A DNA stretch of 62,803 nt, filler included, from Atractiella rhizophila (taxonomy: Eukaryota): assembly GCA_021432655.1 (NCBI GenBank). It is 8 parts of 8 records of this genome, joined end to end, with 100 filler letters (N's around TTAATTAATTAA, not from the genome) between each part and the next. Parts side by side here need not be neighbours in the genome. Positions count along the whole stretch, not along the records: positions 8,734 to 17,361 come from MU272142.1; positions 17,462 to 22,370 come from MU272143.1; positions 22,471 to 31,084 come from MU272144.1; 5 more parts are not named here. The stretch is one strand, 5' to 3'. The position numbers and the translations under genes were made by a program. A model generated the notes under the pieces. That model was not told the DNA's origin and did no database searches. It saw only the letters and a program-made list of their open reading frames with translations. Positions 13,111 to 26,847 of this stretch are shown piece after piece; position 1 is the stretch's first letter; each line of letters opens with the position of its first letter.

Positions 13111-16100
13111 CGTTGTTCTTGTTCTCCTGTTAGAAAGGGGATGCCACGACACTTTGGCATGACCCATCTACTCTTACCTTACAGCCCAGCGACCTCGCTT
13201 AGCAACTGCCCCACGCAAGTCGATAGTGCTCTTGCCCTAGTTCTGAGATTCGAATTCTTCATGACGCACACATGCTGACACTAAAGCTGTTAGGTCACTA
13301 GATATGCATCACCTGCTTTCGGATGGACGACCAAAGTTTTGGTGACCTTGTATCTCTCCTACTGTAGTTGAGCTCCAATGCTTCTCTTTCCCATGCCTTC
13401 TTGCCTGAACGTTTCAACATTCCCCGTCTCCCCGCAGATCTCAGAACCAGAATCGCCATCCCTACTTCTTTAATATCCATTGACCATTTCTTATTATTAA
13501 TAGTGAGAAGGCTCGCGGGACTGTTTTCAAACTTTCCTCAAACTCTTCTTGATGTGTACAACAGAACTGATCTAATCGGAGATTAGGACAAGAAGCAGGG
13601 CTCATTCTCAGAACTTTCCTCATGAGCCACATTTCAAGAGCAGAGCGAACTCCGTCGGTCTGAATCAAAGAACCACTTTGAGTCTGTGGCTCGTCTCCTC
13701 TCGATTGCACTGTCGTCAACTTGTGATGCTTCTGACGGTGCTTCCGACGGCGATTAATATTTGAAAGAGCGGGGGTTGCGCCCGAACAGAGGGAAACACC
13801 GACTCTTAATGAACATCTACTTCCCGAAACACACGAGCCTTCTGATTGCTTCGGTTTGAAGCAATACAAAGTGGGTTCACCTGCGAATCAAACGTGTTAG
13901 ACCTTCTATATCGGGTCGATCAGCATTACCTCGCAGGGCACTTGCTGGCACTCGCAGCTCTTTCGGCCTAGCTTCAAGCTCAAGGTCAGACTTGGTGGCT
14001 ACCGAAAATCAAGAACCAGTTCTCGCTCAATGAATCGTCGCTCTCTTCCGTTGCTTCAGGCAGGAAGTTAGCTCATCCGTGCTGCTGGCCAGACAAAAGG
14101 AGACAGTCTCCCACGAAAGATCCTTGTCTTCTCCCTCCTCCTGACGGCTGGCGATAACTTGGCCAGAATGGCATCCACATCTCCTGTTGACCCTGTCACT
14201 GGGGTGATAACCCCTGTCCCATATACCAAAGAGTTAGCTGTACGTCTCTTCCCCAACTATCCATCATATCCAGTCCACTCACTCTTGTTCTGTGTAGTTT
14301 AAAAATGTGCGCATAATTCACCTCTGAGAGTTGTCGCTCAATTTGAGCTTCACAGGTCTACCCACTGGTTCGTGCATTGTGTCCATGCTTCGCAGCGGGA
14401 GAGCTCACAGATGTGCCCAGGTCATGGGCCAGTTCTTCTCCTTCGGTATGTGACTGCCCATGTTTGGTTGTGCAGCTGTTCAGAGGAGTATAGCTCTATT
14501 TGGCGTCTCATCGCTGCAGTTTTACTACTGCTTCAAGTAAGGGGACTTGCTTGGCACGATTAGTTCCTCCTCAACCTTGCTTATCGTGACAGGCTACTGG
14601 TGCGCTCAACCGCCAAGGAAACCTACAACACTCTTACGCTTATCGCCTTCGCCATTCTGGTTCGTCATTCGTTCTGTTTTCGCTTGGTACGATTGTATTC
14701 ACAAGTTCTTGTGCAGGATTTAGGGGACCAGATCACCAAAGGGGAGTTTTTCTGGAAATATATCGAATCGGCTGTCACCCTCGGGCTGTCATCAGCCTTT
14801 GTCCCAGGACCAAGGGTCAGCTACGCTACTTCAGTCATTGGCGGTCCGTCTATCCTTTGATACTTCAAGTAAAACTCGTAATCTGAACGTTACGAGTAGG
14901 TGCCACAATTCCCATAGCCTGTCATATATACTACATCGTTAGAATCTACCGAATCAGCCGAAACTGGAAGCGGCGAAATCTAGTAGTTGTTGGTCTGGTT
15001 TTCTGCTTACTAGTCAGCATTATGGCGGTTCGTTCTTCCTCACAGCACATTCTCCCACTCACATCCCCCACTATCTCTCAAGTCCGTCTTTGCCTTGATC
15101 ACAGGACGAATTGGCCTCAGGAAACCTATCGATTACGGGGAGGATCTCAAAAGGTTCGTATATTGCTTTGCCATGAGGAACGTCTCTGAAACAATCTTTT
15201 CATTCCATAGCATTCCGTGAGGCTTCTACCATTCTTCCTGAGAGAGCTATTGACCTGGAGTGAAGCGTTCCGTGGCTTGTCGGTGACGCCTTTGTCGATA
15301 TCGTTCTGTCACTGTCAGTCTCTCCTGAGATTAGAAGTAGCGATGGCTGAAGATCCTTTCCAGCATTCTCGTCATTTACCTTCGATCCCAACGCTCCGAG
15401 TTTAAAGACACTAATGCCCTCATTAACAAGTGGATCTTCATCAGGTGCGTGGCTCTTTCTCTTAGCTACCAATACCTGATGTGCATCTAGTTTGGAGTCT
15501 GGGGTAGGTTTCCCACTACTACGACGACTCGCCAGAACTGAAACAATGACCATCAACATTCTTAGTTGCTCTCAGCAATTTGCGCTTTGGCAGGTGAGAC
15601 GCTCTCCCCAGTTGTTTCCCTTCGGGCTAATATAACTGTGAAGACATGCTGCTTGCCGTTATCTTCCCCAACGAACCGTATCACTTTGCGTACGCTTACC
15701 TTGTCCTTACTTTGAACCATGATCTGACTAAGTTGTTTGACTGAAAGTGTGAACTTCATTCTCTCAAGTTCGTTTGTTGCCTTATTCCGTTAAGTCTAAA
15801 GTTGACGATCATTCACCACTAAAGAGGTGTATATCAACTCAGTGAGTCCAGTGCTATTCCATGTATGATTATAAACCGGTGTTTCTTAGGTTCTTGTTCT
15901 TTTCCACACCGTTACCCGCAACCGAGTAAAGGGACGCGACACTTCGTCTGCAGGCAGCACAAATCCACGTTACACGGGTTCTCTAAAGCAGACGGTGTGT
16001 GCAACGCGCTTCGTTCGTTCCAAACGTAACTGACCTTGCCATCTAGATTACGGTTGAAACTGCAGTAGTGACCCAGGAAGACGTAGTACCAACGGCCCAA

Positions 16101-16509
16101 GTAGTCAGCTTCGAAGGGCGTCCGAAGTATATGTCTCGGGATCATCTTGACGACGAAGAAGCCTCGTACCGCGAAAAGGGTACTGTTGCAGTCCAGGTAG
16201 AAGATCACAACCCTTGATGTCCCCTTTTCTTTTGCCATTGTGTTTGCATTAAGTATCGTTCCTTCATCCGTCGTTGTAGTTCAGTTTACGTATATCTCAA
16301 AATCCTCTTGAGAGGGAGCTTCTGTCTTGTCAGATCCCAATAAAATCATTATTTGCATCACTCCCTTTCCTGTGATCACGGCTCAACGTGTGTGGGAGAA
16401 AGAGTTTCGAACTCGCTCAAAAGCCAATCAAGTCTGTATAAGCAATCCTTCCTGCACTCCTTCTCGTGCCGGGTTTAGAATGATCAGAACAGTAACGCTC
16501 AGCCATGGA

Positions 16510-17361
16510 TCACGCAACACTTGTGGCTCGACTCGAGGCTCGACTCGTTCCTCGGCTTTCTGTGCTCCTCCTGCTCTTTTCTCTATACCTCCTATTGTAT
16601 TCTCGTTTTTTCTCCCGCTTCTTCTCACCCTCCTTGCCTTCCGCCTTGGCTATCACACGCCTCTCCACCTCCCTCACCATGGTCCCTAATCCTTCAAGGG
16701 ATACGCCGACAAGGTCTGCTGCTTTCGAAAGAAAGATGTTGTAACGCGGCGGAAGGAGGCCAAACGGATCGTACTCGTAGATAGTGTAAGGGTTTACAAG
16801 TCTTGGGGGGAGTACGAGTGGTTGTGGTGTGCGGGGTGGGGAAAGAGTTGGCAAAACCTCTGTCTTTGAAGTGGAAGGCAGGTAGATCCTCGAGACATGA
16901 GAAATGTAGTCATCAATCTCTTCGACAGACATGTCAGGAGGCGATCGTTCAACACCCGTACTAATTTTCTTTCAGCGCTGATGAAAAGAGCAGCTCAAGA
17001 AATACTGACCAATCCTTGATTTGTTTCAACCACGTATCGATATGCTCCCTCTCCTGCTCATCGGCCCCTTCCCAGTCGATGCTCATCTTGCAACAAACGA
17101 CGAGTGCAGCCATGCACAACAGTTCAGGTTGTGCTCCAATCTCTCTCGAGAACTCAGCTCCACCGCGACCGCGGCTCTTACTCCTGCTCCTACTCCGGCT
17201 GACACCCCTTTGACGTGTCGTCCCACCTCTCCCTCGATTGGGGGTCCGACTCCGGCTCCGGCTACGACTGGGGGTGCGACTTCTGCTACGTCTGCTGCCT
17301 TCGCTGCTGCTGTCCTCGTCCTCTCGACCGGGATGGGGATTGACAGTCCAGGACAGCGCAT
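16510..17361 (-). CDS. RRN7: Probable RNA polymerase I core factor subunit Rrn7/TAF1B, C-terminal part (5' end cut by scaffold edge)
   Basis: Spliced frame gives PELLCMAALVVCCK, MSVEEIDDYISHV and YTIYEYDPFGLLPPRYNIFLSKAADLVGVS...VREVERR. This resembles basidiomycete Rrn7 C-termini as recalled; no search was run. Confidence 0.55.
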
Positions 17362-17461
17362 NNNNNNNNNNNNNNNNNNNNNNNNNNNNNNNNNNNNNNN
17401 NNNNNTTAATTAATTAANNNNNNNNNNNNNNNNNNNNNNNNNNNNNNNNNNNNNNNNNNNN
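17362..17461. other. Artificial scaffold linker
   Basis: N44-TTAATTAATTAA-N44. Confidence 0.97.
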
Positions 17462-18180
17462 TTGTCGATTTCCTTGTTGCAGAACGTCTTGTACACCTTC
17501 AGCTGCTCCGGTGTCAAGGTTGTCGGGTCGATGGGCTCGTTCGGACTGAAGACGCGAGGGAGTTGATTTGCGCCGGACGGCGGGGCGTCCGTTGTTGGTG
17601 ACTGGGACCGCTTGGGGGATGCGAATCCGGCGGTGGTTTTGAAGGACGGAGGGGCATGGAGGGGATGGGAATCCGGAGGTGGGTAAGAGGGAGATCTAGG
17701 CGACGGCGTTCGTGGAACTGGAGAGGAAGGGAAAGGCGAGAGGTTGCCTCCATGGTTCGAATGGAGATTTGTGGAGGTGGAAGAGACACGATTCCAGGCT
17801 GCATAGTTGTATTCTGACGACCGAATGCTCGCAGCGTCGTCCATCCCCCCGTTTCCGTTTCCGTTTCCATTTCCATTCCCCTTCTCCCACTTCTCTCTTT
17901 CCCGGTCCCTCGAACCGTCGTATCCAATGTTGGAGTACGAAGGCGGATAGCTCCCCTGCCGCTCTCTATTCAGGGAGTTCATTCGCCGATGGAGTGTCCT
18001 TGGCGAAGGGGAGGTGTGCAGTGTTTCCCGCTCGTCGGAGGCGTATGGGTCGGGGTAAGCGCGGGAGCTGGGGTTCGGGGAGAGCGAAGGGGACGGCGGG
18101 GGCCGCGGAGAGGGCGAGGGCGCTGGCGACGAAGCATAGGGATAAGAATAGGCAGAAGGCGAATATTGAGGGTTGTGCAT
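17462..18180 (-). CDS. Hypothetical protein, Ser/Pro-rich N-terminal fragment, 3'-truncated
   Basis: ATG-started ~240-codon open frame running into the linker, with disordered-type composition. No domain recognised. Confidence 0.6.
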
Positions 18181-20314
18181 CTTTTAAGGTTGGTTGCGAA
18201 GTTGGAGGAAGAGAGAATGAGAATGAGCGTGAAGCCGGCCGGCAGCCTGCTTTGAAGATGAAGATGGTTCGAATGGAGTGGTTCTGCCAAAGAAAGAGGC
18301 GATGGATGGCTGCTCAGACGTCGTGACCCCGAGGCTCAGCTGAGAAGGAAACACACCTCGTCCTCTGGAAGGCTAACAGCTCCCCTGGATATTCCACTTG
18401 AGTGCTCCCAGCAGTACCTATATCCTTCGTGCGAAAGCGACTGATGAAAGGGAGAGAAATCGTCGCCAAGTGGTCGATGAAACTTGCTTGGCCTTGTTTG
18501 CTCCTCGTACAATATTCATCTGCTTCCGTCGGGTTAATGTCATCGCAATGACACCTTGTTCACCACAGTCCACCCACACGTTTAAACGTGGAGGACTGTC
18601 TGACGATGGTGTGCCGTTACAGATATACAGCAAGGATTGGAATCTTAAGCTGGTCCGTTTCTTAGCTCGGTGTGACAAAGGCACGTTATTATGTAGAGCC
18701 TTTGGACTATCAAGATTATTCAAGTTGTTGCTTAAATGGTGGTAAAATGCGAAGTGTGGGGCAAAAGCCAAGGTCTGCTCCAGCATTAGTGCAATTGACA
18801 CAGTGCTTGCTGAGCCAGAGCCCTTCTTGACCTCGATTTAGGATGTTGAGACGCTTCGAATGCCTTGCAGAGTTAAACATACTTCAGGCCAATTGATCGC
18901 CATCCAGCCCTGAATATAATGAAGCGCCGTGACAGGAATGCTTTGGCTCACTCTCATGGTGAAGCGTTTTTTAGGCGTATTGTCGTGACTTATATTTCCG
19001 ACTCATTTAGGGCTCATCAGTGTCGACCTGAGGAGTAAACTCATAGGCGATGTTGTAGTCTTGATGCACCAACCTCAACGCCCAGACATGGCCCAAAACC
19101 CCTTTCTTTGTATGGAGATGAATGAATTCATTCAAGCAGAGATACTCTCGTCTAAACCTCTACAATTCGTGCCAGCAGACGCGGCTCATTTCACAGTTGT
19201 GAATGCTCAAAGAAAGGCAGACAATGAATTCATGCAAGGATGACGTCATCTAAATATCTTCAACTATGCTCGTCCATGTTCGAGAGTAAAGAAAAGCACA
19301 CAAGCCCCCTCCTCTTCCACAAGTCTCGTCATCAGAATGTCAGCTTCTGTGACCTCACTTTCTCAGTGGAAGTGTCTCCTGAGAAGCCTAATAATTTCAA
19401 TGCCAGTCTTGTAGGATCCTGCCGAAGATTCGAATTTATGAAGACAGTCTCAGCAACCAATCTTGGGAACTATGGAAGACATGTTGCGAGGCTGGCCAGC
19501 GATGACTTTCGGATTGATCAATGCATCTGAGCTCGGAGTGGTAAGTTGGCCCATATCTTCTCAATGCCTCAAAACCGACTGATGACGGGACCGATGACGC
19601 ATCCAAAGCTCGGAGCAATGCCAATGTGCGTGCCATCCTTTGCTTTTCGACACTCAGCTAATTGTTTGTTCTTGCAAGCTAACCATCGTATTAAAAATCG
19701 TTATGAGCTCGAATTCTCAAAATGACCTTTTAAAACTGATGATAACGCGCTGTCAAAGTCCCAAGCCATTGACGGCTATCGACACGAATACACCTTGGTC
19801 TCCAGCTTTCGAGCAGTGTCAATTCAGGCTTCGAACCACCGAGCGATACCAGGCATTGATGGATATCTGCCGTGCCAGAAGACCAAAAGGCCCCAATTCA
19901 CCAGCGGTATGGTACAAGAAGAGACCATATCAACGACTGGGTTCAGCTCTTATCTTCGTGCACTGCCTCGTTTTACCGGCGCTCTCGAGTTACGGACTAT
20001 GCGATACAACATTGGAGGCAGATGTTGACGCCCTACCATCGGTGTTAGTGTTAGGGATGGAGACTGAGGATGCTCAAGGGTTGATTTTTTAATGCTGAAG
20101 CTGCGAGAGAGCAGGCAAACAGGCTTTTCTTCTCCTCCCCAATGCCATTATTGCTTGATACATTTCGCCAATGCATAACAATACAGTAAAGATATCGTTC
20201 TTCAGATAATTGTGAGCCCATCAATGTTTCAGCACCGAGTTACAAACATGACTGGTTAAATATGGCTTCATTTCATGAGATACACATCTACTAACTCCTT
20301 CCAACACCTTTCTG

Positions 20315-21719
20315 CTACTTTTTACCGTCGACGTACTTCTCCTTGTATTCTCTTGCAGCTCCTACAATACCAACATCATCGGCTTTGAAGCCCAATCCAA
20401 TGGCATAGCTGACATCGAACTCGTAGGGGAACGACAAAACGAGTCGAGTGTCAATCGGGTTTTCTTCCAAAGAGATCAACTTCGCAGCTCTTCATTTCAC
20501 TCAGTATAAAATAGCAAGGCAGGTTGGAGAGACTCACTCTTCACCTCCAACTTGTCGAACAGCCTCGATCTCGTCACCCTAAGTTTACAATCAGTCATCC
20601 CTCATGCAAAGTGACTGTTGAGAACTCTTACGACAGTCAGCGAGTATCCAGGAAGAATGACCATCCTTGAGTGCTTGGGGAACTTGTCGCTAGCTATCTT
20701 GCTAGCGTACACCAGGTTCTCGATGACAATTCTTGGCGTAGTAATGTAAATCTTGGTATCCGGGGGTACAGGGCAAGTGGCAGGCTTTCCATTGAGCGGT
20801 TCGCGAATGATGTCGCTCATAAAGCTCGACGTAGCGTTTGTTGGTGCGCCAGCTCGAGGAGCGACGGTGGGAAGACGCAAGATGACGGCATCAATGAACC
20901 CTCTCCGAGTGTACTCATTCAGAAGAAGCTCGCTCATCTGTTCTTGTCCTTTTAAACACTCTAGAGCCGATCTATTTGGCTCTCACTACACAACGAGTGA
21001 AGNNNNNNNNNNNNNNNNNNNNNNNNNNNNNNNNNNNNNNNNNNNNNNNNNNNNNNNNNNNNCCGTACGCTCCTCCTGGTGTTGGGAGGGTAGTTTGGTC
21101 CACAACTGGCGGCTGTTTGCAAGCGCTGAGCGTTCAGAAGTGGCGTGTTCAAGGACAGCGTACCAGTGGCTGTCCAAAGACTCCGATTGAGGAGGTGAAT
21201 ACAAATCGGATTGGTTTGTCCTTTTTAAGATGTCTTGCTTGATCGGCCAATGCTCGCACAGAATCGAAATTGACCTGGTTGGCAGCTAAGCTCAAGCCAT
21301 TTTTCGGACAATGTCCACTTACACTTATCCCAAAGTCGAAGTCCTGCTCGCTACCCCGGCTCATAATGCCGTGACAAGCATAAATAATATCAGGGACTCC
21401 ATAATCAGTTCTGAATAAGGTCTGAAGCTGATCCGCCTTGGTCAAATCTACGGCTAAAGAATGGGTCCGATCTTTCGCCTCTGGAGGGACTTCAGGAGCC
21501 CTGATGTCGGTGATGATGAACTTGGTAGAGGTCGACTCTTTGACCAGAGATTTGATCAACTATACCACCAAAGTCTTCTCAATTTGAAAGCACCAAGGAC
21601 AGGGTGATGAGTACCTCCTCAGCGACCCTGATTTTGCACATCAGCGAGGACATCTCCGAGCGATCTATCAGAGGAAACACGAACCATCCAGCAGCTCCAG
21701 TAACCAGTACAACAGACAT
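20315..21719 (-). CDS. NAD-dependent epimerase/dehydratase-family protein, D-erythronate dehydrogenase (DenD)-like
   Basis: MSVVLVTGAAGW (Rossmann), HGIMSRGSEQDFDFG.SVNFD, FVFTSSIGVFG, P.PGGAYG, ELLLNEYTRRGFID, LRLPTV, SSFMSDIIREPLNG. Stop TAG at 20315. A 60-N gap lies inside. Confidence 0.85.
21003..21062. other. Intra-scaffold assembly gap (60 N, no TTAATTAATTAA core)
   Basis: The same gene continues on both sides. The gap hides the xxK part of the YGxxK motif and a splice donor. Confidence 0.9.
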
Positions 21720-22100
21720 ATTGATTCTCTTTCGCGCAATGGAAAAATCAATCGAATCGCTTTGGCTTAAAGAGGGAAGAGCGCCGAACGGATAGCAGGT
21801 GCCGGCCCGTGACACCATCTCGCTGCTTTCTTTCACCATTTTGTACTCATGAATACGTGGACTGTATCCGACTGATACTGTAGCCCTGACTAGAACCAGT
21901 TCTGCATCGTTGGTCCTTCCCTTCTTCTTCTCTCCACATGCCAGATCAAATTGTAGACCATGTCTGCCACTGAGAAACAAGGCAAAAAAGCCAGGGAGAC
22001 GAAACCATGATTCATATGAGTCACAGCCGTTCATCGTGCATTTTGATCAGCAACTCTCCCATCCATTCTCATTCTTGACATCGACTGGAACCTCAGAACC

Positions 22101-22370
22101 ATGTCTGGGCGACAAGGCGGAAAGGCTAAACCACTCAAGTGCGCCGTTTTCTTGTTACCAACCGTAGCTGATTTCGGGATTTTGGAAGAGCACCAAAGAA
22201 GGAGAAGGTTGAGGATGATGAGGAGACCAAGGCCTTCAAGGCGAAGCAGAAGGTGTGGAGAATCAGTCTAAAGAGACTAGGAGGCTTAAGTTGAGCGGAA
22301 TAGGCTGATCAACAAGCTATGAAGGAGGCGGCTGGCAAGGTGAAGGACGGGAAGCCACTGGTGGGTGGCG
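22101..22370 (+). CDS. TMA7: Translation machinery-associated protein 7, last codons cut by scaffold end
   Basis: Three exons: MSGRQGGKAKPLK|APKKEKVEDDEETKAFKAKQK|ADQQAMKEAAGKVKDGKPLVGG. Divergent from the DenD-like gene, ~380 bp between ATGs. Confidence 0.93.
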
Positions 22371-22470
22371 NNNNNNNNNNNNNNNNNNNNNNNNNNNNNN
22401 NNNNNNNNNNNNNNTTAATTAATTAANNNNNNNNNNNNNNNNNNNNNNNNNNNNNNNNNNNNNNNNNNNN
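22371..22470. other. Artificial scaffold linker
   Basis: N44-TTAATTAATTAA-N44. Confidence 0.97.
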
Positions 22471-23991
22471 GATTGTACAGATTTCGATACTGGCTCTGCG
22501 TAAGTTGGCACTTGCCATGCTTTAGGGCGAAAGAATTAATTAGATATGTCTTAGCGACCTTTGGGTCCCGGATAGCTCCTGTGTCCAAACTTTTCCCAGC
22601 ATTTGCACTACTGGAGTAAACGTCTTCAACGTCAGTGTCTCCTCTATCCTATGTGCATCGACTGAATCAAACATCTCTGAATAGCGAAACGCCTCCTCGA
22701 CTCTGCAGCAAGTCAACAGTCAAGTCCTAAATATCTCCTATGGTGACGGATCAGGTGTCCAAGGTGCAGCTTTCACCGAGACTGTAGCGATTGGGACGGC
22801 TGTCATCCAAAACCAGTTCTTCTCCCCAGTCACAAGCTTCAACACCGGCTCACTCGGATCTTCTGGTCTTTTGAACGGTCGTGATGGCTTGTTGGGTTTA
22901 GCGTTCGAGACCATCAGTCAACTGAATCAGCGGTACGTTTCTGCCCATTCGTTCTTTTCAGCAGCCATCTGATAGGGCGTCAAAGGACACCGAGCGTCAA
23001 TGCTTTCCTGCAGGGACAGATCCAACAACCTTTATTCGGCGTCAGGCTTGGAGACCCGGATCAGACTTCAGAATTGTTCTTGGGAGGAATCAACAATGCT
23101 CTGCTGACCGGAAGCATCGAGAGTTATGAAGTTATCAATCCCGCTTTCTGGGTTTGTTTTTTCCTTTACACCTCTACTTGTAGAGACCTCGCCTGAATGT
23201 GGCATCTAGCTCCTTGGCGCTTTCCAGACGCTGTCCGCCAAACCTTTCGGTAACTTCACAACTGCCGCCATCGATAGTAAGCTCTTTTTGTGGCCATGTA
23301 GAAGTTGTGAACTAATAGGCGAATAGCGGGCACAACCCTCATTGTGTCAGCCTTCCACACTATCTTTCCTTCTGGCTTGTGCTTAGTCGTTCCACAGAGC
23401 TCCCATCGACGAAGCCATTCTCCTCTATTCCCAAATCCCCGGCGCGACAACTCAACCAGATCAGAGCGGCGCGTTCTACGTTCCCTGTGATACCATTGAG
23501 ACTGTACAATTCGGCCTCAAGTTCGCTTACACCCTCCAAGGGCTTATTACCAACGGAGCTGATCCAACAAATGCACAGACCTTTGGACGCAATTGGGGAG
23601 TCGCTGGTAAGCTTTTCACTCTGCATTGGAGCATGACTGAAATCATGAAATGAAGGGAAGTACTTTAACTTTGGCATGACTTCGCCTGGCAGCAATATGT
23701 GCGTCGGTGCCGTCATTGGGTCAGCCGCATTCCAGGGACAATGGGTTCGTCCTTCTCTTTGCAGCTGCTTGGTGATTTGCTGATGTGGAGCAATAGATTG
23801 TTGGAGACGCCTTCATCCAGAACAACTACAATATCTACAATTTCGCCAACGTCACCGTGTCGTTCGCAGATACCGAGACTGGGGATCCATTTGCAGGAAG
23901 CGGAACAACTACTCCACCTGCATCGACTGCCATCCCAACGGCCTCCAGCGCATCCGCGAGCACGTCCGCAACTGCAACTACATCCCCGTAG
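22471..23991 (+). CDS. Pepsin-like (A1) aspartic protease with Ser/Thr/Ala-rich tail, 5'-truncated
   Basis: FDTGS|DLWVP, ISYGDGS, DGLLGLAF, LFLGGIN, second catalytic motif IDTGTTLI (split by an intron), CVGAV and WIVGDAFIQNNYNIYN. Stop TAG at 23989-23991. Confidence 0.9.
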
Positions 23992-24436
23992 TATTTTGGT
24001 TTTGCCAAAGGAGTTTCATGAGAAATTATGCCTTAGGACATGTTATACGTTAATACGTGATTCTGTTGCTTCATGACCGCATGTCATCGTTTGCAATGAT
24101 GAGAACACGATGTTCGCCTTTCAATTCAACTTCTGCCAACTTATATCGGCTCAATGAATACAAATTTGGTTCGAGTCCAAGCGGTTCCAATGTCTCCTTA
24201 AATGAAAAGATTTATCTAGTGGAAAGAATGTATTGCAGCTCGCAAAGCGCATGTGTGTGGTAATTCCTCTCAGGGAACAATGAAGTGAATCAAGTTTAAA
24301 TGTGTAAAAGCTCCAGCCAACGCATCGCATGTAATCGACCTGTCGCTCATTTGTACGCTGGTTCAAAATTTGTGGTACTTAGTCGAACGGTGGACGATCG
24401 AATCAACTTGGACGCGTCGCGTCTTTCGGGAGGGCT

Positions 24437-26847
24437 TTATGCCTTTTGGTAAATCGTCAACCTCTGTCCTCCTCCACATTGTTGGTATGCTGGAAACAAC
24501 TGTCATGAGCATGAAGGCTGCTGAGTGAACGAAATACAGACCATTGCCTGCACACGTAGTAGTGCATTCAGCATCATCGACCTTGACAGCCGAAGAGGGA
24601 AGAGAGCTGCTGCAATAGCACTCATTGGCGTACTACACAGATCCCATGCATCAGCGTTGCTCAAGAAGATCAGCATGGATCACTCACTTCGGCTCCAGCG
24701 ACCTTGAAGCCCTTGCTCTCACAAAAAGCGATGCAAGTACCCAATTCCTGAGTCTTATCTGTAGTAGAAGCGTCCTTAAGGAGTCTTCCACTAACATCTT
24801 GGTAGCAACCCAAAGCTTTCCAGGCGCTTGGAATAACGGAGGAAGCAACTGCCCTCTTTCTCAGGAGGAGACCATCCGTGTTAGCTGAGACGGTGGAATC
24901 GTAACCTGAGAGAAGAGCGAAACGACGCGGGAAAGTGATGTCCTCAGAATGCATGGATCCGCGCCGGTGGACATGGAAATCACTCCTCTTAGCCGGGGCA
25001 GAGCAGTGAGAGACGGGTGCGGTAGAAGTGGCGCTCGCGCTCGTGGTCTTCGTCACCTTCTTGGTCGAGGAAACCTTGACAGACGTCGTTTTGGTGGGTT
25101 TAACAGATGTTGTCTTTGTGGATGTGTGCTTGACGGATGTGGTTTTCGTCTGAGTAGACTTGACAGAAGTAGATTTGACAGATGTAGTCTTCGTCACCTT
25201 AGTGGACGCGGAACTAGTCTTAGTGGCAGCTTTCGTGCTCGTAGGCGAAGAGGGCTTCTTTGTCGAAGTAGCGACGGCGGAGGTCTTACCACCAGAGGAG
25301 TTTCCATTGTAGTTGGCGAACTGGGCGGCACCATTGATTGAGCCAGCGACTTCGATGGGACCGAAGTTAGGAGTGGCAGGCGGGTTTGCCTATACATCCG
25401 CCAATTAATGATCTCTCTCCCATCGAAAACAGGATGGATTGACATACAGCGGCCTGTTTAGCTTCGGGACCCCAAAGCAAGTTGTCTCCAGGAAGAGCTT
25501 TGATGGCATTCCAGAGTCCAACATCCTCCATAGGAGCGTCAGTCTTAGGTTGGCACGCACTAGCGGCCTCGTCATCGATATATGGCTTCAGAACATTGCA
25601 GTCTACCGTAGTCATCAGCTCATCCCTTTCAAGCAACGAAAGAAATCACGAACTGGACAAGACGCCGTACATGTCGTCGCAGGTATCGACAGACTTCTGG
25701 AGGAGCTCGAGGTCTTCCCATCCATTGGTAAAGTCCTGGTTATAACTCAGAATATAGCAAGACAAGAAAATAGGTAACGAACACCGTGATTGGAGTATCC
25801 GATTTTGTCTCCGGTAGACAGAACGAAAGATCCTTCACCGTAGTATTTGTAAGGGGTAGTATCAACTATGTGCTCATAGAACAGAGAGATGAGCTGAACA
25901 GGGTGGGAGCTGTCATTTGGCAACCATCGTTAGAGGTTGAATGGCAGAACGTGAGAAAACGCACTCGGGGCAGTTTCCTCCGTTATAGTTGTCGATGGGA
26001 TATGCCATGTGGCTCTTGTGGTCAGCAGAGTCGTAGTTAACACCGTCCCAACAAGAGGGGAAGACTATTCCATCGAATCAATCGTTATTCTTGAGCACAC
26101 AAATAAACACACAAATCTGGATGCGGACTCCATCTGCGTCATAAGGTGAGCGGCGCAATCAATATCGGAGAGCGAAGAAGAAAGCGCACTAGGGCAGTCA
26201 GTCTTGGGCCAAGTAGGTCCCTCATATCCGTTGGGAGATCCAGAGCGGTAATCGAGGCAGACATAGGAAACAGCCTGGTCGGCATGATTCGTGGAGTTGT
26301 AAGTATTCTTTCCCGGATCTCCAGCAAGCATCCTTAAACCTTTCCATCCCACATCGGTAAACTGACTGAACGAGCCGTGAAAGGGAAAATGCGAACCTTT
26401 CGGCCACGCCTTGATCGGTGACTTTTTTGATCCATTCCCTGTTTTCTCAGTTGTAGGCGAGGCTCAGGATGCAGAAGAATACTTACTGAATAGGTAGTAA
26501 ACGTTGAAGCCACCTTTCAGCTTGTGGAAGTCTCCAGTGTCTTTATCATGGTAGTAAGCAGCAGGAGCCCAGTAATTCGACTGCAGCGCCAGGGTTAGAG
26601 TACCCGAGCTTTTGACAAGGAATTTACAGACCTTATCAACCGTGACTGGCATGGTAGTGCAATCAGCAGTGAGGGAGTCCTCATAATCGTAAGTAGCCTT
26701 GAAAGCATTTCCACCTGCAATGTCGTGGAGATGCTTGGAGACTCCACCGGGGTTGACAATGGAGTCCATCCTTGCGGAAAGGAGGGTCTTTGTGGAGAGA
26801 ATGTAGAAAGCGCTTGCAGCATTAGTTAGGAGAAGGAGGGACAGCAT
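24437..26847 (-). CDS. Secreted DUF1996 + WSC domain protein
   Basis: Signal peptide, then ARMDSIVNPGGVSKHLHDIAGG, DKSNYWAP, GLRMLAGDP, FPSCWDG and HGDFTNGW (DUF1996). A T/K/S-rich linker leads to WKALGCYQD..C..FC...AGAEYANECYC..C...CAGN..CGG..RLTIY (WSC). Confidence 0.9.

Noticed and set aside
11200..16400. Numerous 60-135 aa ORFs
   Set aside because: No recognisable motifs or consistent exon chain; at most decayed sequence.
18300..20200. Short ORFs including 19640-20092
   Set aside because: No motif or splice support.
25050..25260. Tandem-repeat or CRISPR-like periodicity
   Set aside because: It encodes the (KTTSVK)n Thr/Lys linker of the DUF1996-WSC protein. There is no repeat-spacer structure, and the DNA is eukaryotic.
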